Assembly (NCBI GenBank): GCA_039584685.1
Contig: JBDGXI010000007.1
Location: forward strand, 6,135 to 70,134
Reading direction: 5' to 3'
Origin: Gemmatimonadota bacterium
Lineage (GTDB): Bacteria > Gemmatimonadota > Gemmatimonadetes > Palauibacterales > Palauibacteraceae
Length of the DNA stretch: 64,000 bases
Shown here: positions 29,557-37,949 of the stretch, in pieces
Position numbering within the stretch: position 1 is the stretch's first letter
Layout of the letters: each line of letters starts with the position of its first letter
Notes under the pieces: generated by a model
Told to the model about the DNA's origin: nothing
Seen by the model: only the letters and a program-made list of their open reading frames with translations
The model's database searches: none
Made by a program: the position numbers and the translations under genes

Positions 29557-30873
29557 GTGGGCCGACCCAATGTCGGCAAGTCCACGCTGTTCAATCGCAT
29601 CGTTGGACGTCGCCTCGCTATAGTCGCGGAACTCAGCGGAGTGACGCGCGATCGGCAGTTCGCAGAGGCCGAGTGGGCAGGGAGGGAGTTCCTGCTCGTC
29701 GACACCGGGGGCATCAGCGACATCCCCGAACGACCTCTCGACCGGGAGGTGCGGGAACAGGTCATAGAGGCCATCGAGAGGGCGCAGGCCATCGTGCTCG
29801 TTACGGACGGGCGGGCCGGTGTGCACCCGGTGGACGAGCACGTGGCGGATCTCCTGCGCCGATCAGGACGGCCCGTCGTGCTCGCGGTCAACAAGCTGGA
29901 CGAGCTGGCCGGGTCCGTGGCTCAGCATGAGTTTCACTCCCTCGGACTCGGTGATCCAGTTGCGGTGTCTGCGCTCAGCGGGAAGGGAAGCGGAGATCTT
30001 CTGGACCGGGTGGTCGCCGCATTGCCCGCCCTCGAGGACACGGATAGCGTCCCCGTCGGACTCAGGCTCGCCGTCATCGGCAAGCCAAACGTGGGGAAGT
30101 CGAGCTTCGTCAATCGTCTCCTGGGAGAAGACCGGGTCCTGGTGCACGACGAGGCGGGAACTACGAGAGACGCGATCGACACCTTCCTGGAGTTCGAGGG
30201 CGAGAGAGTCTGCCTCATCGATACGGCGGGGTTGCGCCGCCGCTCTCGGGTTGACGATGACGTCGAGTTCTACAGCCGACTGCGAGCCACTTCGGCGATC
30301 CAGAGATCGGACGTGTGTCTGTTGGTCGTGGATTGCGACGCCGGCGTCACCAACCAGGACTTCCACATCGGAGAGGAGGCCTGGAACGCGGGGCGGGGAC
30401 TCGTCCTGGTGGCAAACAAGTGGGACCTGATCGAGGAAAGGGGACCGGACGCGCTGGCGATGTTCGAGAAGGAGCTCCGTGAAAGGGCTCACTACCTGAG
30501 GTGGGTGCCGATCGTCACCACCTCGGCGTTATCCGGGCGGAGGGTGCGGAAGGTCCTGGAAGTTGCCCGCGAGGTACAGCGGGAGCGATCGCGCAGGATT
30601 CCGACGGCCGAGGTCAATCGCGTCCTTCGGTCCCTCGTGAATCGGAAGCAGCCTCCTCAGGGCGGGCGTGGCGATGTCAGGATATACTACGGGAGCCAGG
30701 TGGACGTCGAACCGCCTCTCTTCGTGATCTGGTCGAACCGCCCCAAGGATCTCAAGACGTCATATGTACGCTATGTGTCGAACGGGTTTCGGCGAGAGTG
30801 GGGCTTCTTGGGATCCCCGATCCGGATATCCGTGCGCCAGCGAAGCGACGCGGACCGGAAGCCGAGGTACTGA
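29557..30873 (+). CDS. der: Ribosome-biogenesis GTPase Der (EngA), tandem GTPase domains plus KH-like domain
   Basis: Two G-domains each with GxPNVGKS (GRPNVGKST, GKPNVGKSS) and DTxG motifs. Confidence 0.85.
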   Translation: MGRPNVGKSTLFNRIVGRRLAIVAELSGVTRDRQFAEAEWAGREFLLVDTGGISDIPERPLDREVREQVIEAIERAQAIVLVTDGRAGVHPVDEHVADLLRRSGRPVVLAVNKLDELAGSVAQHEFHSLGLGDPVAVSALSGKGSGDLLDRVVAALPALEDTDSVPVGLRLAVIGKPNVGKSSFVNRLLGEDRVLVHDEAGTTRDAIDTFLEFEGERVCLIDTAGLRRRSRVDDDVEFYSRLRATSAIQRSDVCLLVVDCDAGVTNQDFHIGEEAWNAGRGLVLVANKWDLIEERGPDALAMFEKELRERAHYLRWVPIVTTSALSGRRVRKVLEVAREVQRERSRRIPTAEVNRVLRSLVNRKQPPQGGRGDVRIYYGSQVDVEPPLFVIWSNRPKDLKTSYVRYVSNGFRREWGFLGSPIRISVRQRSDADRKPRY

Positions 30874-30882
30874 TTCGATGCG

Positions 30883-31530
30883 GTGGAGCGCCGGATGACG
30901 ATCGGCCTGCTGGTCCTGGCAGCCTACCTGATGGGCTCGATTCCCACGAGCTACCTCGTGGGAAAGCTCCGCGGTATAGATCTCCGCGAGCACGGCAGCG
31001 GCAACCTGGGTGGAACCAATGCCTTCCGCGTCATGGGGATCGGGGCCGCGGTACCGGTCGTGGCGATCGATGTTCTCAAGGGTTTCATCCCGGCCCAATT
31101 CTTCCCGGCCTGGGACGGCTCCGCTATCGGAGACCTGGCGCTGCTCTACGGACTCGCCGCCATCCTGGGACACGTGTGGTCGGTGTTCATGCGCTTCCAG
31201 GGGGGCAAGGGCGTGGCCACGGGCGCCGGCGTGCTGGTGGCGCTCGCCCCCGCGTCTGCCTTGATCGGACTGCTGGTGTGGATCGGCTTCGTGGCGATCA
31301 CGCGTTACGTTTCCGTGGCCTCGATCGCGGCCGCCACTTCCGTTCCGGTGACGGCCTGGTTAGCCGACGAGTCCAGTTCCACCGTGGTCTTCTGTGCTGC
31401 TATCGCGATCTTCGTGTGGTGGACGCATCGTGGCAACCTGGGGAGATTGACTCGCGGCCAGGAGAACAGGTTTGGCGCGGGACGAAGCGAAGACCTGGCT
31501 GCCGGAGAGGAAGGTGAGCGTGCTGAGTGA
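30883..31530 (+). CDS. plsY: Glycerol-3-phosphate acyltransferase PlsY
   Basis: Polytopic membrane protein with SGNxGxTN motif (HGSGNLGGTNAFR). Confidence 0.85.
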   Translation: MERRMTIGLLVLAAYLMGSIPTSYLVGKLRGIDLREHGSGNLGGTNAFRVMGIGAAVPVVAIDVLKGFIPAQFFPAWDGSAIGDLALLYGLAAILGHVWSVFMRFQGGKGVATGAGVLVALAPASALIGLLVWIGFVAITRYVSVASIAAATSVPVTAWLADESSSTVVFCAAIAIFVWWTHRGNLGRLTRGQENRFGAGRSEDLAAGEEGERAE

Positions 31531-32536
31531 CCGAATAGCGGTCCTTGGGGCGGGGAGCTGGGGCACGGCGCTGGCCAATGTTCTGGCCTCGAATGGGCAT
31601 TCGACCCAACTCTGGGCCTACGAACCGGCGGTGGCTGACAGCATCAACTCGAATCACCGAAACGACAAGTACCTCCCGGGGGTCGATCTGGAGCCTTCTC
31701 TCGGCGCTACCGGGGACATGGCAGTGGCCCTGCAGGATGCGGGCGTGGTCGTATCGGTCAGCCCATCCCACGTCGTGCGGAACGTCATGGGTGAGGCCCG
31801 GCGGCTCCTGGGGGATGACCTGCCTCTGATCGTTACTGCTTCGAAGGGCATCGAGATCCACACGGACCTGAGGATGAGTGAAGTCCTCCGGGAGGTCCTG
31901 GGGGAGGACATGGCCGGTGGCTGCGTGGTCCTGTCCGGTCCGAGCTTCGCTGCCGAGCTCGCGCGGCGGCTCCCGACGGCCGTCACCCTCGCATCGCGAG
32001 ATGAGGCCAACGCCGTTCAGGTGCAGAGCCTGTTCCAGAACGAACACTTCCGCCTCTATACACAGGCGGACCTCGTCGGCACCGAGCTGGGGGGAGCGCT
32101 CAAGAACGTGATCGCCCTGGCGGCCGGAATCAGTGACGGCCTCGGGCTCGGCACCAACGCGAGGGCGGCCCTGATGACCAGGGGCCTGGCCGAGATCGGT
32201 CGTCTGGCCGAACGGCTGGGCGGCGAGGGGGCGACCCTGGCCGGCCTGGCCGGAGTGGGAGATCTCATCCTGACGTGCACGGGGGACTTGAGTCGAAATC
32301 GCCAGGTGGGCCTTGCCGTCGGCCGTGGGGAGAGACTGACCGATGTGCTGGCCGGAATGACGGCTGTAGCCGAAGGAGTGCGGACCACGGAGGCCGCCAG
32401 AGACCTTGCGGAGCGACACGGGGTGGAAATGCCCATCGTGGGTGCTGTATACTCTATTCTGTACGAAGACGTGGACCCGAGGAGGGCGCTTGCCCTCCTG
32501 ATGTCCAGAGAACCCAAGCCAGAGCGCTGGAGTTGA
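31514..32536 (+). CDS. gpsA: NAD(P)H-dependent glycerol-3-phosphate dehydrogenase
   Basis: Rossmann motif IAVLGAGSWGTALA, GpsA catalytic region; der-plsY-gpsA synteny. Confidence 0.85.
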   Translation: MSVLSDRIAVLGAGSWGTALANVLASNGHSTQLWAYEPAVADSINSNHRNDKYLPGVDLEPSLGATGDMAVALQDAGVVVSVSPSHVVRNVMGEARRLLGDDLPLIVTASKGIEIHTDLRMSEVLREVLGEDMAGGCVVLSGPSFAAELARRLPTAVTLASRDEANAVQVQSLFQNEHFRLYTQADLVGTELGGALKNVIALAAGISDGLGLGTNARAALMTRGLAEIGRLAERLGGEGATLAGLAGVGDLILTCTGDLSRNRQVGLAVGRGERLTDVLAGMTAVAEGVRTTEAARDLAERHGVEMPIVGAVYSILYEDVDPRRALALLMSREPKPERWS

Positions 32537-32542
32537 GTTCGG

Positions 32543-32898
32543 TGGAAGATCGAATCGCCCCGAAGGAATACTACTCGATCGGTGAAGTGTGCGAGATCAC
32601 AGGCCTGAAGCCGCACGTCCTGCGCTACTGGGAAACCCAGTTTCCGGCGCTCAATCCGTCCAAGAACCGGGCGGGGAACCGGGTGTACCGGCGCAAGGAG
32701 ATCAAGCTCATCCACTTGCTCCGCCACCTCCTGTATGCGGAGAAGTACACGATCGATGGAGCCCGCCACAAGCTGGACCAGTTGCGTAAGGAAGGAAAAC
32801 TGGCCCGGGCTGCCCGGGTAGCGTGGGATCGGGAGACGGTTCGTGACCTGAGACGGGAAGCGGACGGTCTGGTGGATTTGCTGGCACTCGGCGAATGA
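32543..32898 (+). CDS. MerR-family transcriptional regulator
   Basis: N-terminal HTH (YYSIGEVCEITGLKPHVLRYWE) followed by coiled-coil dimerisation helix; ~118 aa; start approximate. Confidence 0.55.
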
Positions 32899-33689
32899 CG
32901 CCGGACGGCGAAGACAGCCACGCAGCTTCCGTGGACCCCCCTTCGATTCTCTGCACCAACGATGATGGCATCCACGCCATCGGCTTGAAGACGTTGATCC
33001 AGGTCGCGTCGAGTCTCGGGGAGGTGCGGGTGGTAGCTCCGGACCGGGAGCAAAGCGCCACCAGTCACTCCCTGACGGTGCATCGACCACTCCGGGCCAC
33101 CCGGACTCCCGAAGGGCACCACGTGATCGACGGCACTCCGACCGATTGCGTGCTGATCGGAATCAACCAGCTCCTCGATCAACCGCCGGACTTCGTCCTC
33201 TCGGGCGTCAACCACGGCCCGAACATGGGAGAAGACGTCCTCTACTCGGGGACCGTGGCGGCCGCCATGGAGGGCACGATACTGGGAATTCCGGCGATCG
33301 CCGTCTCGTATTCCAGCCGGGCGGCGGACCGGATCCCCGGATACGCGGACGTTCTCACCGATTTGATAGGTGCGCTGGTCCGGCGGTCCGACTTCCCCGA
33401 GGAGACCTTCTTCAACATCAACCTGCCCGACGTCCCGGCGGACGAGTTGAATGGGGTGCGCGTGACTACCCTCGGACGGAGAGTCTATGCCGACTCCCTG
33501 ACGCGACGCGAGGATCCGTCCGGCCGGGAGTACTTCTGGATCGGTGGTGGAGTCTCCCGCTGGAGCGGCCGCGACGATTCCGACTTTCGCGCGGTGCAGG
33601 CCGGTTACGTCTCCGTCACGCCTCTCCATCTCGACCTTACGAACTACCGTCTGATCAGCGAGGTCCGGTCGTGGATGCTGGGAGGATAG
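32895..33689 (+). CDS. surE: 5'/3'-nucleotidase SurE
   Basis: N-terminal ILCTNDDGIHAIG signature. Confidence 0.85.
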   Translation: MTPDGEDSHAASVDPPSILCTNDDGIHAIGLKTLIQVASSLGEVRVVAPDREQSATSHSLTVHRPLRATRTPEGHHVIDGTPTDCVLIGINQLLDQPPDFVLSGVNHGPNMGEDVLYSGTVAAAMEGTILGIPAIAVSYSSRAADRIPGYADVLTDLIGALVRRSDFPEETFFNINLPDVPADELNGVRVTTLGRRVYADSLTRREDPSGREYFWIGGGVSRWSGRDDSDFRAVQAGYVSVTPLHLDLTNYRLISEVRSWMLGG

Positions 33690-34336
33690 ATCCCGCATAT
33701 CGCCGCGATCGGCGGCGGCTTATCGAGAAGCTGCAGGCGGGCGGTGTGAACGACCTTGCCATCCTGCATGCCTTCGACGCGATTCCGAGGCACATGTTCG
33801 TTCCGGACGCGATCATTCACCGCTCCTACGAGGATGTCGCCCTCCCGCTGGGCCACGGGCAGACGATCTCGAGGCCCGGGGCACACGCGCTGCATCTCGA
33901 GCTGGCCGCCTTAAGCGGCGAGGAGAAGGTACTGGAAATCGGAACGGGCTCGGGTTACCAGACGGCTCTTCTGAGCCAGCTCGCCGCCCACGTCTACTCG
34001 GTGGAAACCGTCGAGGAGCTCGGGGACCTTGCCGATGAACGGTTGCAGGAACTCGCGGTGGAGAACGTCACCCTTCGCATCGGCGATGGCAGCGGGGGCT
34101 GGCCCGAACACGCACCCTACGACGTCATCCTGTGCGGTGCGGCCGCCCCACGGGTACCGGAGCCGCTCGTGACGCAGCTGGCGGTCGGTGGCCGCCTCAT
34201 CATCCCCGTGGGGAAGGACTCCGGGCAGCACCTGATCCGCGTCACGCTCGGCAGCGACGGGCAGTTGCATGAGGAAGCCGTGGACAGCGCGCGCTTCGTG
34301 CCGCTTACGGGGGAAGAGGGATGGCAAAGCGATTGA
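33671..34336 (+). CDS. pcm: Protein-L-isoaspartate O-methyltransferase
   Basis: VPRHMFVP region, SAM motif VLEIGTGSGYQTA; classic surE-pcm pair; GTG 33671 overlaps surE end by 19 nt. Confidence 0.8.
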   Translation: MDAGRIDPAYRRDRRRLIEKLQAGGVNDLAILHAFDAIPRHMFVPDAIIHRSYEDVALPLGHGQTISRPGAHALHLELAALSGEEKVLEIGTGSGYQTALLSQLAAHVYSVETVEELGDLADERLQELAVENVTLRIGDGSGGWPEHAPYDVILCGAAAPRVPEPLVTQLAVGGRLIIPVGKDSGQHLIRVTLGSDGQLHEEAVDSARFVPLTGEEGWQSD

Positions 34337-34355
34337 CGGGCAACGGGTGGCGTAG

Positions 34356-35027
34356 ATGACCGAGCTGCTGATTGAGTACGTTCAGATAGGCGCCGAACTG
34401 GGGCGAACGTGGGGTCCGCTGATCGTGTTCGTCCTGATGGCCATCGAGAGTTCTTTCATCCCGTTTCCGTCGGAAGTAGTCATGATCCCGGCCGGCTTCA
34501 TGGCCGCCCGCGGAGAGTTCCTTCCACCTGACCCGGCGCTCGGGCTGGCCGTGGCCGTGATCGCGGGGATTCTGGGCTCTCTGGCGGGCGCATTCGTCAA
34601 CTACGGACTCTCTCTGAAGCTCGGCCGGCCCTTTCTGTACAGGTACGGCCGGTACTTCTTTCTTCCGGCGTCGGCGCTGGACCGCTCGGAGGAGCTCTTC
34701 CGCCGCCACGGTGAAATCACCACTTTCGTCTGCCGGCTCATTCCCGCCGTTCGTCAGCTCATCTCGATTCCGGCAGGTCTGTCACGCATGCGGTTCGGCA
34801 GGTTCGCGCTATTCACGGGACTCGGAGCTGGGATCTGGGTCATCATCCTGGCTCTGACGGGATTCGGACTGGGGAAGGGCACCCGCGAGATGAGCTACGC
34901 CGAGCTGGTGCATTCGGGCGAAGCCCTCATCGGGGGCAACCTCCCGTGGATCTTCGGCGGACTCGCCCTCATAGTCGCGGTCTACGTCTGGGTTCACCGC
35001 CGGGTCATGCACGGGGGCTCGCATTGA
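34356..35027 (+). CDS. DedA-family (VTT/SNARE-associated domain) membrane protein
   Basis: DedA signature region FIPFPSEVVMIPAG, 4-6 TM. Confidence 0.7.
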   Translation: MTELLIEYVQIGAELGRTWGPLIVFVLMAIESSFIPFPSEVVMIPAGFMAARGEFLPPDPALGLAVAVIAGILGSLAGAFVNYGLSLKLGRPFLYRYGRYFFLPASALDRSEELFRRHGEITTFVCRLIPAVRQLISIPAGLSRMRFGRFALFTGLGAGIWVIILALTGFGLGKGTREMSYAELVHSGEALIGGNLPWIFGGLALIVAVYVWVHRRVMHGGSH

Positions 35028-35089
35028 CTGGGCCGCCGGACTTCCCCTAGTTTCTTCCGCTGCGCGGTAAACGGCGGTCCGGGCCCGAG

Positions 35090-35218
35090 GGGAGGCCTCC
35101 GTCAGATGCCGAGGCGGCAGACAGCGTGAATCGCTGTAACATATTGGCAATAATGGATTTACATACTTTGCGTCCGTCATCAGGCGCTTGAGGTTACGGA
35201 AAGGCGTGGCAGGGATAC
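35090..35218 (+). promoter_or_regulatory. AT-rich promoter-like island with two palindromes (GGAGGCCTCC; ACAGCG-tgaat-CGCTGT) upstream of the YfgM-like gene
   Basis: Local GC drops well below the window average; perfect 10-bp palindrome and 6-bp inverted repeat with 5-nt spacer; no confident -35/-10 assignment. Confidence 0.3.
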
Positions 35219-36055
35219 ATGGCTAAATCGATGGCCCGCGAGAAGCGGCCTCAAGATCTGGACACCGAAGATCATGTCACCGAGCGGATCCTGGAAGCCG
35301 CGACGTGGGCGGAGACCCACCGGAGGGCGGTGATCGCCGGTGGAATCGCGCTCGTGGCAGTCGTCGCCGCGGCTTTCTACTACCAGGATTATCGGGAGAA
35401 GCTCGTCGCGCGCGCCTCCGTCCGCCTCCAGGAGATCCAGATCGCGTCACAGTCCGCGGACATCGAGACGGTCCGCTCCGAGCTTCGCATCTTCATCGAC
35501 CAGTATTCCGGTACTTCCTACGCCAGCCAGGCCCGGGTCGCCCTGGGGGATCTCGAACTGCGTCGAGACAGCCTCGGTCTCGCGATCCAGGCCCTCGAGC
35601 CCGTTGCGGACCTGGGCGAGGCCAACCCTCTCTCGTACACGGCCATGGAGATGATTGCGGCCGCCTACGAACAGGGGGGCGACGCGGACCGGGCGCTCCA
35701 ATGGTACGAACGACTACAGTCGAATGCGCGCTTCGACTACCAGCGTCACCGCGCGATGGCCGAGCAGGCCCGCCTGCACACGATCGGTGGGAGGTACGCG
35801 GAGGCTGCCGCGCTGTACGAGCAGCTGGTGGATGAGGCCGAGGAGGATCCGGCTGGCCAGGAGGTGTACGCCGTCCGTCTCGGCGAGGTGCGGGCCATCG
35901 AACGCTTCGGTGCAGTGGCGGCGGCGGCGCTCCCGGTTGCTCCGGAACCGACCGCCAGCCCGACCGAGGTACCCGTGGATGCCAGCGGGCAGGCCGCCGA
36001 GGAGGCACCGGCCGGCGATGGGGCCCCGGGAGAGGTGGACGAGCCGGCGAGCTGA
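35219..36055 (+). CDS. YfgM-like membrane-anchored TPR protein (short cytoplasmic N-terminus, one TM, periplasmic TPR-like helices, acidic Pro/Ala-rich tail)
   Basis: Architecture only: TM GGIALVAVVAAAFYY, helical repeats, low-complexity C-terminus. Confidence 0.45.
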   Translation: MAKSMAREKRPQDLDTEDHVTERILEAATWAETHRRAVIAGGIALVAVVAAAFYYQDYREKLVARASVRLQEIQIASQSADIETVRSELRIFIDQYSGTSYASQARVALGDLELRRDSLGLAIQALEPVADLGEANPLSYTAMEMIAAAYEQGGDADRALQWYERLQSNARFDYQRHRAMAEQARLHTIGGRYAEAAALYEQLVDEAEEDPAGQEVYAVRLGEVRAIERFGAVAAAALPVAPEPTASPTEVPVDASGQAAEEAPAGDGAPGEVDEPAS

Positions 36056-36231
36056 GGAAGGCTATCCTGGCCTACCTGCCGTCAACGGCGCATAACATAC
36101 ATTATGTAAACTAGGGTGATGACGGGCAACTTGCGTCTGGCACGGCGACACTTCCCCAGCCTTCGTTGTGAGCGGAAGCCCGCCCGTCTCTCCCTACCCG
36201 CCGAAGAGGTCAGGCGGGCCGGACGGAAGAA

Positions 36232-36942
36232 TCAGAGACGACCGAACAGAGACGCGAATCGCAGGGCCCACACACGCCACACGGCTTCGCGCACGATCCT
36301 CCCGGACATCTTGCTCTCGCCCTCCACCCGATCGACGAACACGATCGGCACCTCCCCGACGCGAAACCCGTTCTTCCACGCGCGGAAGTCCATCTCGATC
36401 TGAAAGGCGTATCCGGTGGAGCCGACGCTCTCAAAGTCGATCGACTCGAGTACTTCCCGCCGGAAACACTTGAATCCGGCCGTGGCGTCCGACAACGGGA
36501 GCCCCGTAACCACGCGAGCGTACCGGTTAGCGAACCACGACAGCAGCAGGCGCGACATCGGCCAGTTGACGACATTGACGCCGCGCACATAGCGAGAGCC
36601 GATCACCAGGTCGAGGTCGCCCTCCACCGCGTTGAGCAGATCCGGCAGGTACTTGGGATCGTGTGAGTGATCCGAGTCCATCTCGATGAGAAACTCGTAG
36701 CCACGCTCGAGGCCCCAGGTGAATCCCCTGAGATACGCGCTGCCCAGTCCCTGCTTGCCTTCTCTATGGACCACATGTATCCGGGAGCTCTCGGCCGCCA
36801 TTCCGTCCGCCAGCTCGCCTGTGCCATCCGGTGAAGCGTCGTCGACGACCAGAACGTCGATGCGGGGATCCTGGTCGAGGACCGCCGGCAGGATCGAGGC
36901 CAGGTTCGCCGCCTCGTTGTATGTGGGCATGACCACGAGCAC
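36232..36942 (-). CDS. GT2 polyprenol-phosphate glycosyltransferase, DPM1-like soluble catalytic type
   Basis: GT-A fold motifs (VVMPTYNEA, DDASPDGT, EMDSDHSHDP); no C-terminal TM; start approximate. Confidence 0.7.
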   Translation of the reverse strand: MLVVMPTYNEAANLASILPAVLDQDPRIDVLVVDDASPDGTGELADGMAAESSRIHVVHREGKQGLGSAYLRGFTWGLERGYEFLIEMDSDHSHDPKYLPDLLNAVEGDLDLVIGSRYVRGVNVVNWPMSRLLLSWFANRYARVVTGLPLSDATAGFKCFRREVLESIDFESVGSTGYAFQIEMDFRAWKNGFRVGEVPIVFVDRVEGESKMSGRIVREAVWRVWALRFASLFGRL

Positions 36943-36989
36943 CCTGCCCTGCCCGCCGGCCTCCGTTCCACCAGCTTCCCGAGACTCGT

Positions 36990-37949
36990 TCAAGCCAACC
37001 TCTCCTCTTCCTTTCCGAAGCGCGGCCACAGCAGGACTAGAAGCAGTGCCACGAGCTCGGCCAGGACCATCCACACCCGGGCCATGATCGCCACGGCCGC
37101 TGCAACTCCAACCGCCAGTCCCCCCAGCTCAGCGAGCAGAGCCGTCATCGCGCCCTCTCTCACTACCAGGCCCCCCGGGGCAACCAGCACCAGGTAGCCT
37201 ATAACGTAGCTGGCGGCAAATACGCCCGTAAGTACATGTACTTGACTGATTTCCCATGGTACTCCCACGCCACGCAACAGGAGCAGAAAGCCCACGCCGT
37301 ACAACAGCCACGCCGCGAGCATGCCGAATCCGGCGCGAAGGATGTCACGGGCGCCCAGGTCCGCACCGACCACGGTCTCGCCGAGCCACGACCCGAGCCG
37401 CTCTGCGATCCACCGAATCACCCTGGGATGGAGGCCCGCGAACAGAATCAGCCCCAACGTCAACGACCCCGGCAGCCAACCGCTGTCTCCACCAGCCCAT
37501 TCCACACCAATCGTGGCAACCGAGATCGCTGCGCCGGTGACCAGTGAGATGATCTGGAACGTCAAGGCCGACACGAGGGCCGCCGCCCCGGAATCACCCC
37601 GGCCCTTCATGTACACGGCCAGGCCGCCAAGTTGCCACACTTTCCCGGGGATATACCGACCGAAATTGGTGACCACCCATACCCTGACAACCTCCGCCGG
37701 GCGGGCAGCCCCTCCGGTGCGCCGAAACAGCCCGGCCCACACGAGGCCCATCAGGAACAGGTTGCCCACGCCGACCCCGACGGCGGCCGTCAGCCACCAC
37801 GGGTCGAACGACCAGTCGAACCTTCGTGTCGCCGCCAGGATCTCATCCAGCGACGTCCACTGGCCGCGAAGTAGCGCACCCACGAAAACGAGCGCCACTG
37901 AGAGGAATACGAAGGTGGCGAGCCGACGCGCACGCGGGGTGACGGTCAT
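36990..37949 (-). CDS. UPF0104 / lysylphosphatidylglycerol-synthase-TM-like (flippase-like) polytopic membrane protein
   Basis: ~8 TM helices, pattern typical of LPG_synthase_TM domain; ATGA overlap with yfhO stop. Confidence 0.55.
   Translation of the reverse strand: MTVTPRARRLATFVFLSVALVFVGALLRGQWTSLDEILAATRRFDWSFDPWWLTAAVGVGVGNLFLMGLVWAGLFRRTGGAARPAEVVRVWVVTNFGRYIPGKVWQLGGLAVYMKGRGDSGAAALVSALTFQIISLVTGAAISVATIGVEWAGGDSGWLPGSLTLGLILFAGLHPRVIRWIAERLGSWLGETVVGADLGARDILRAGFGMLAAWLLYGVGFLLLLRGVGVPWEISQVHVLTGVFAASYVIGYLVLVAPGGLVVREGAMTALLAELGGLAVGVAAAVAIMARVWMVLAELVALLLVLLWPRFGKEEERLA

Noticed and set aside
35130-35190. Possible sigma-54 (-24/-12) promoter in the AT-rich island (TGGCAA ... TTTGCG)
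   Set aside because: GG-to-GC spacing is about 23 nt instead of 10; it does not fit TGGCAC-N5-TTGCW.
36140-36160. TGGCACGG at 36147 as a sigma-54 -24 element
   Set aside because: No TTGC at the required +10 spacing downstream; the region lies between two convergent gene ends.
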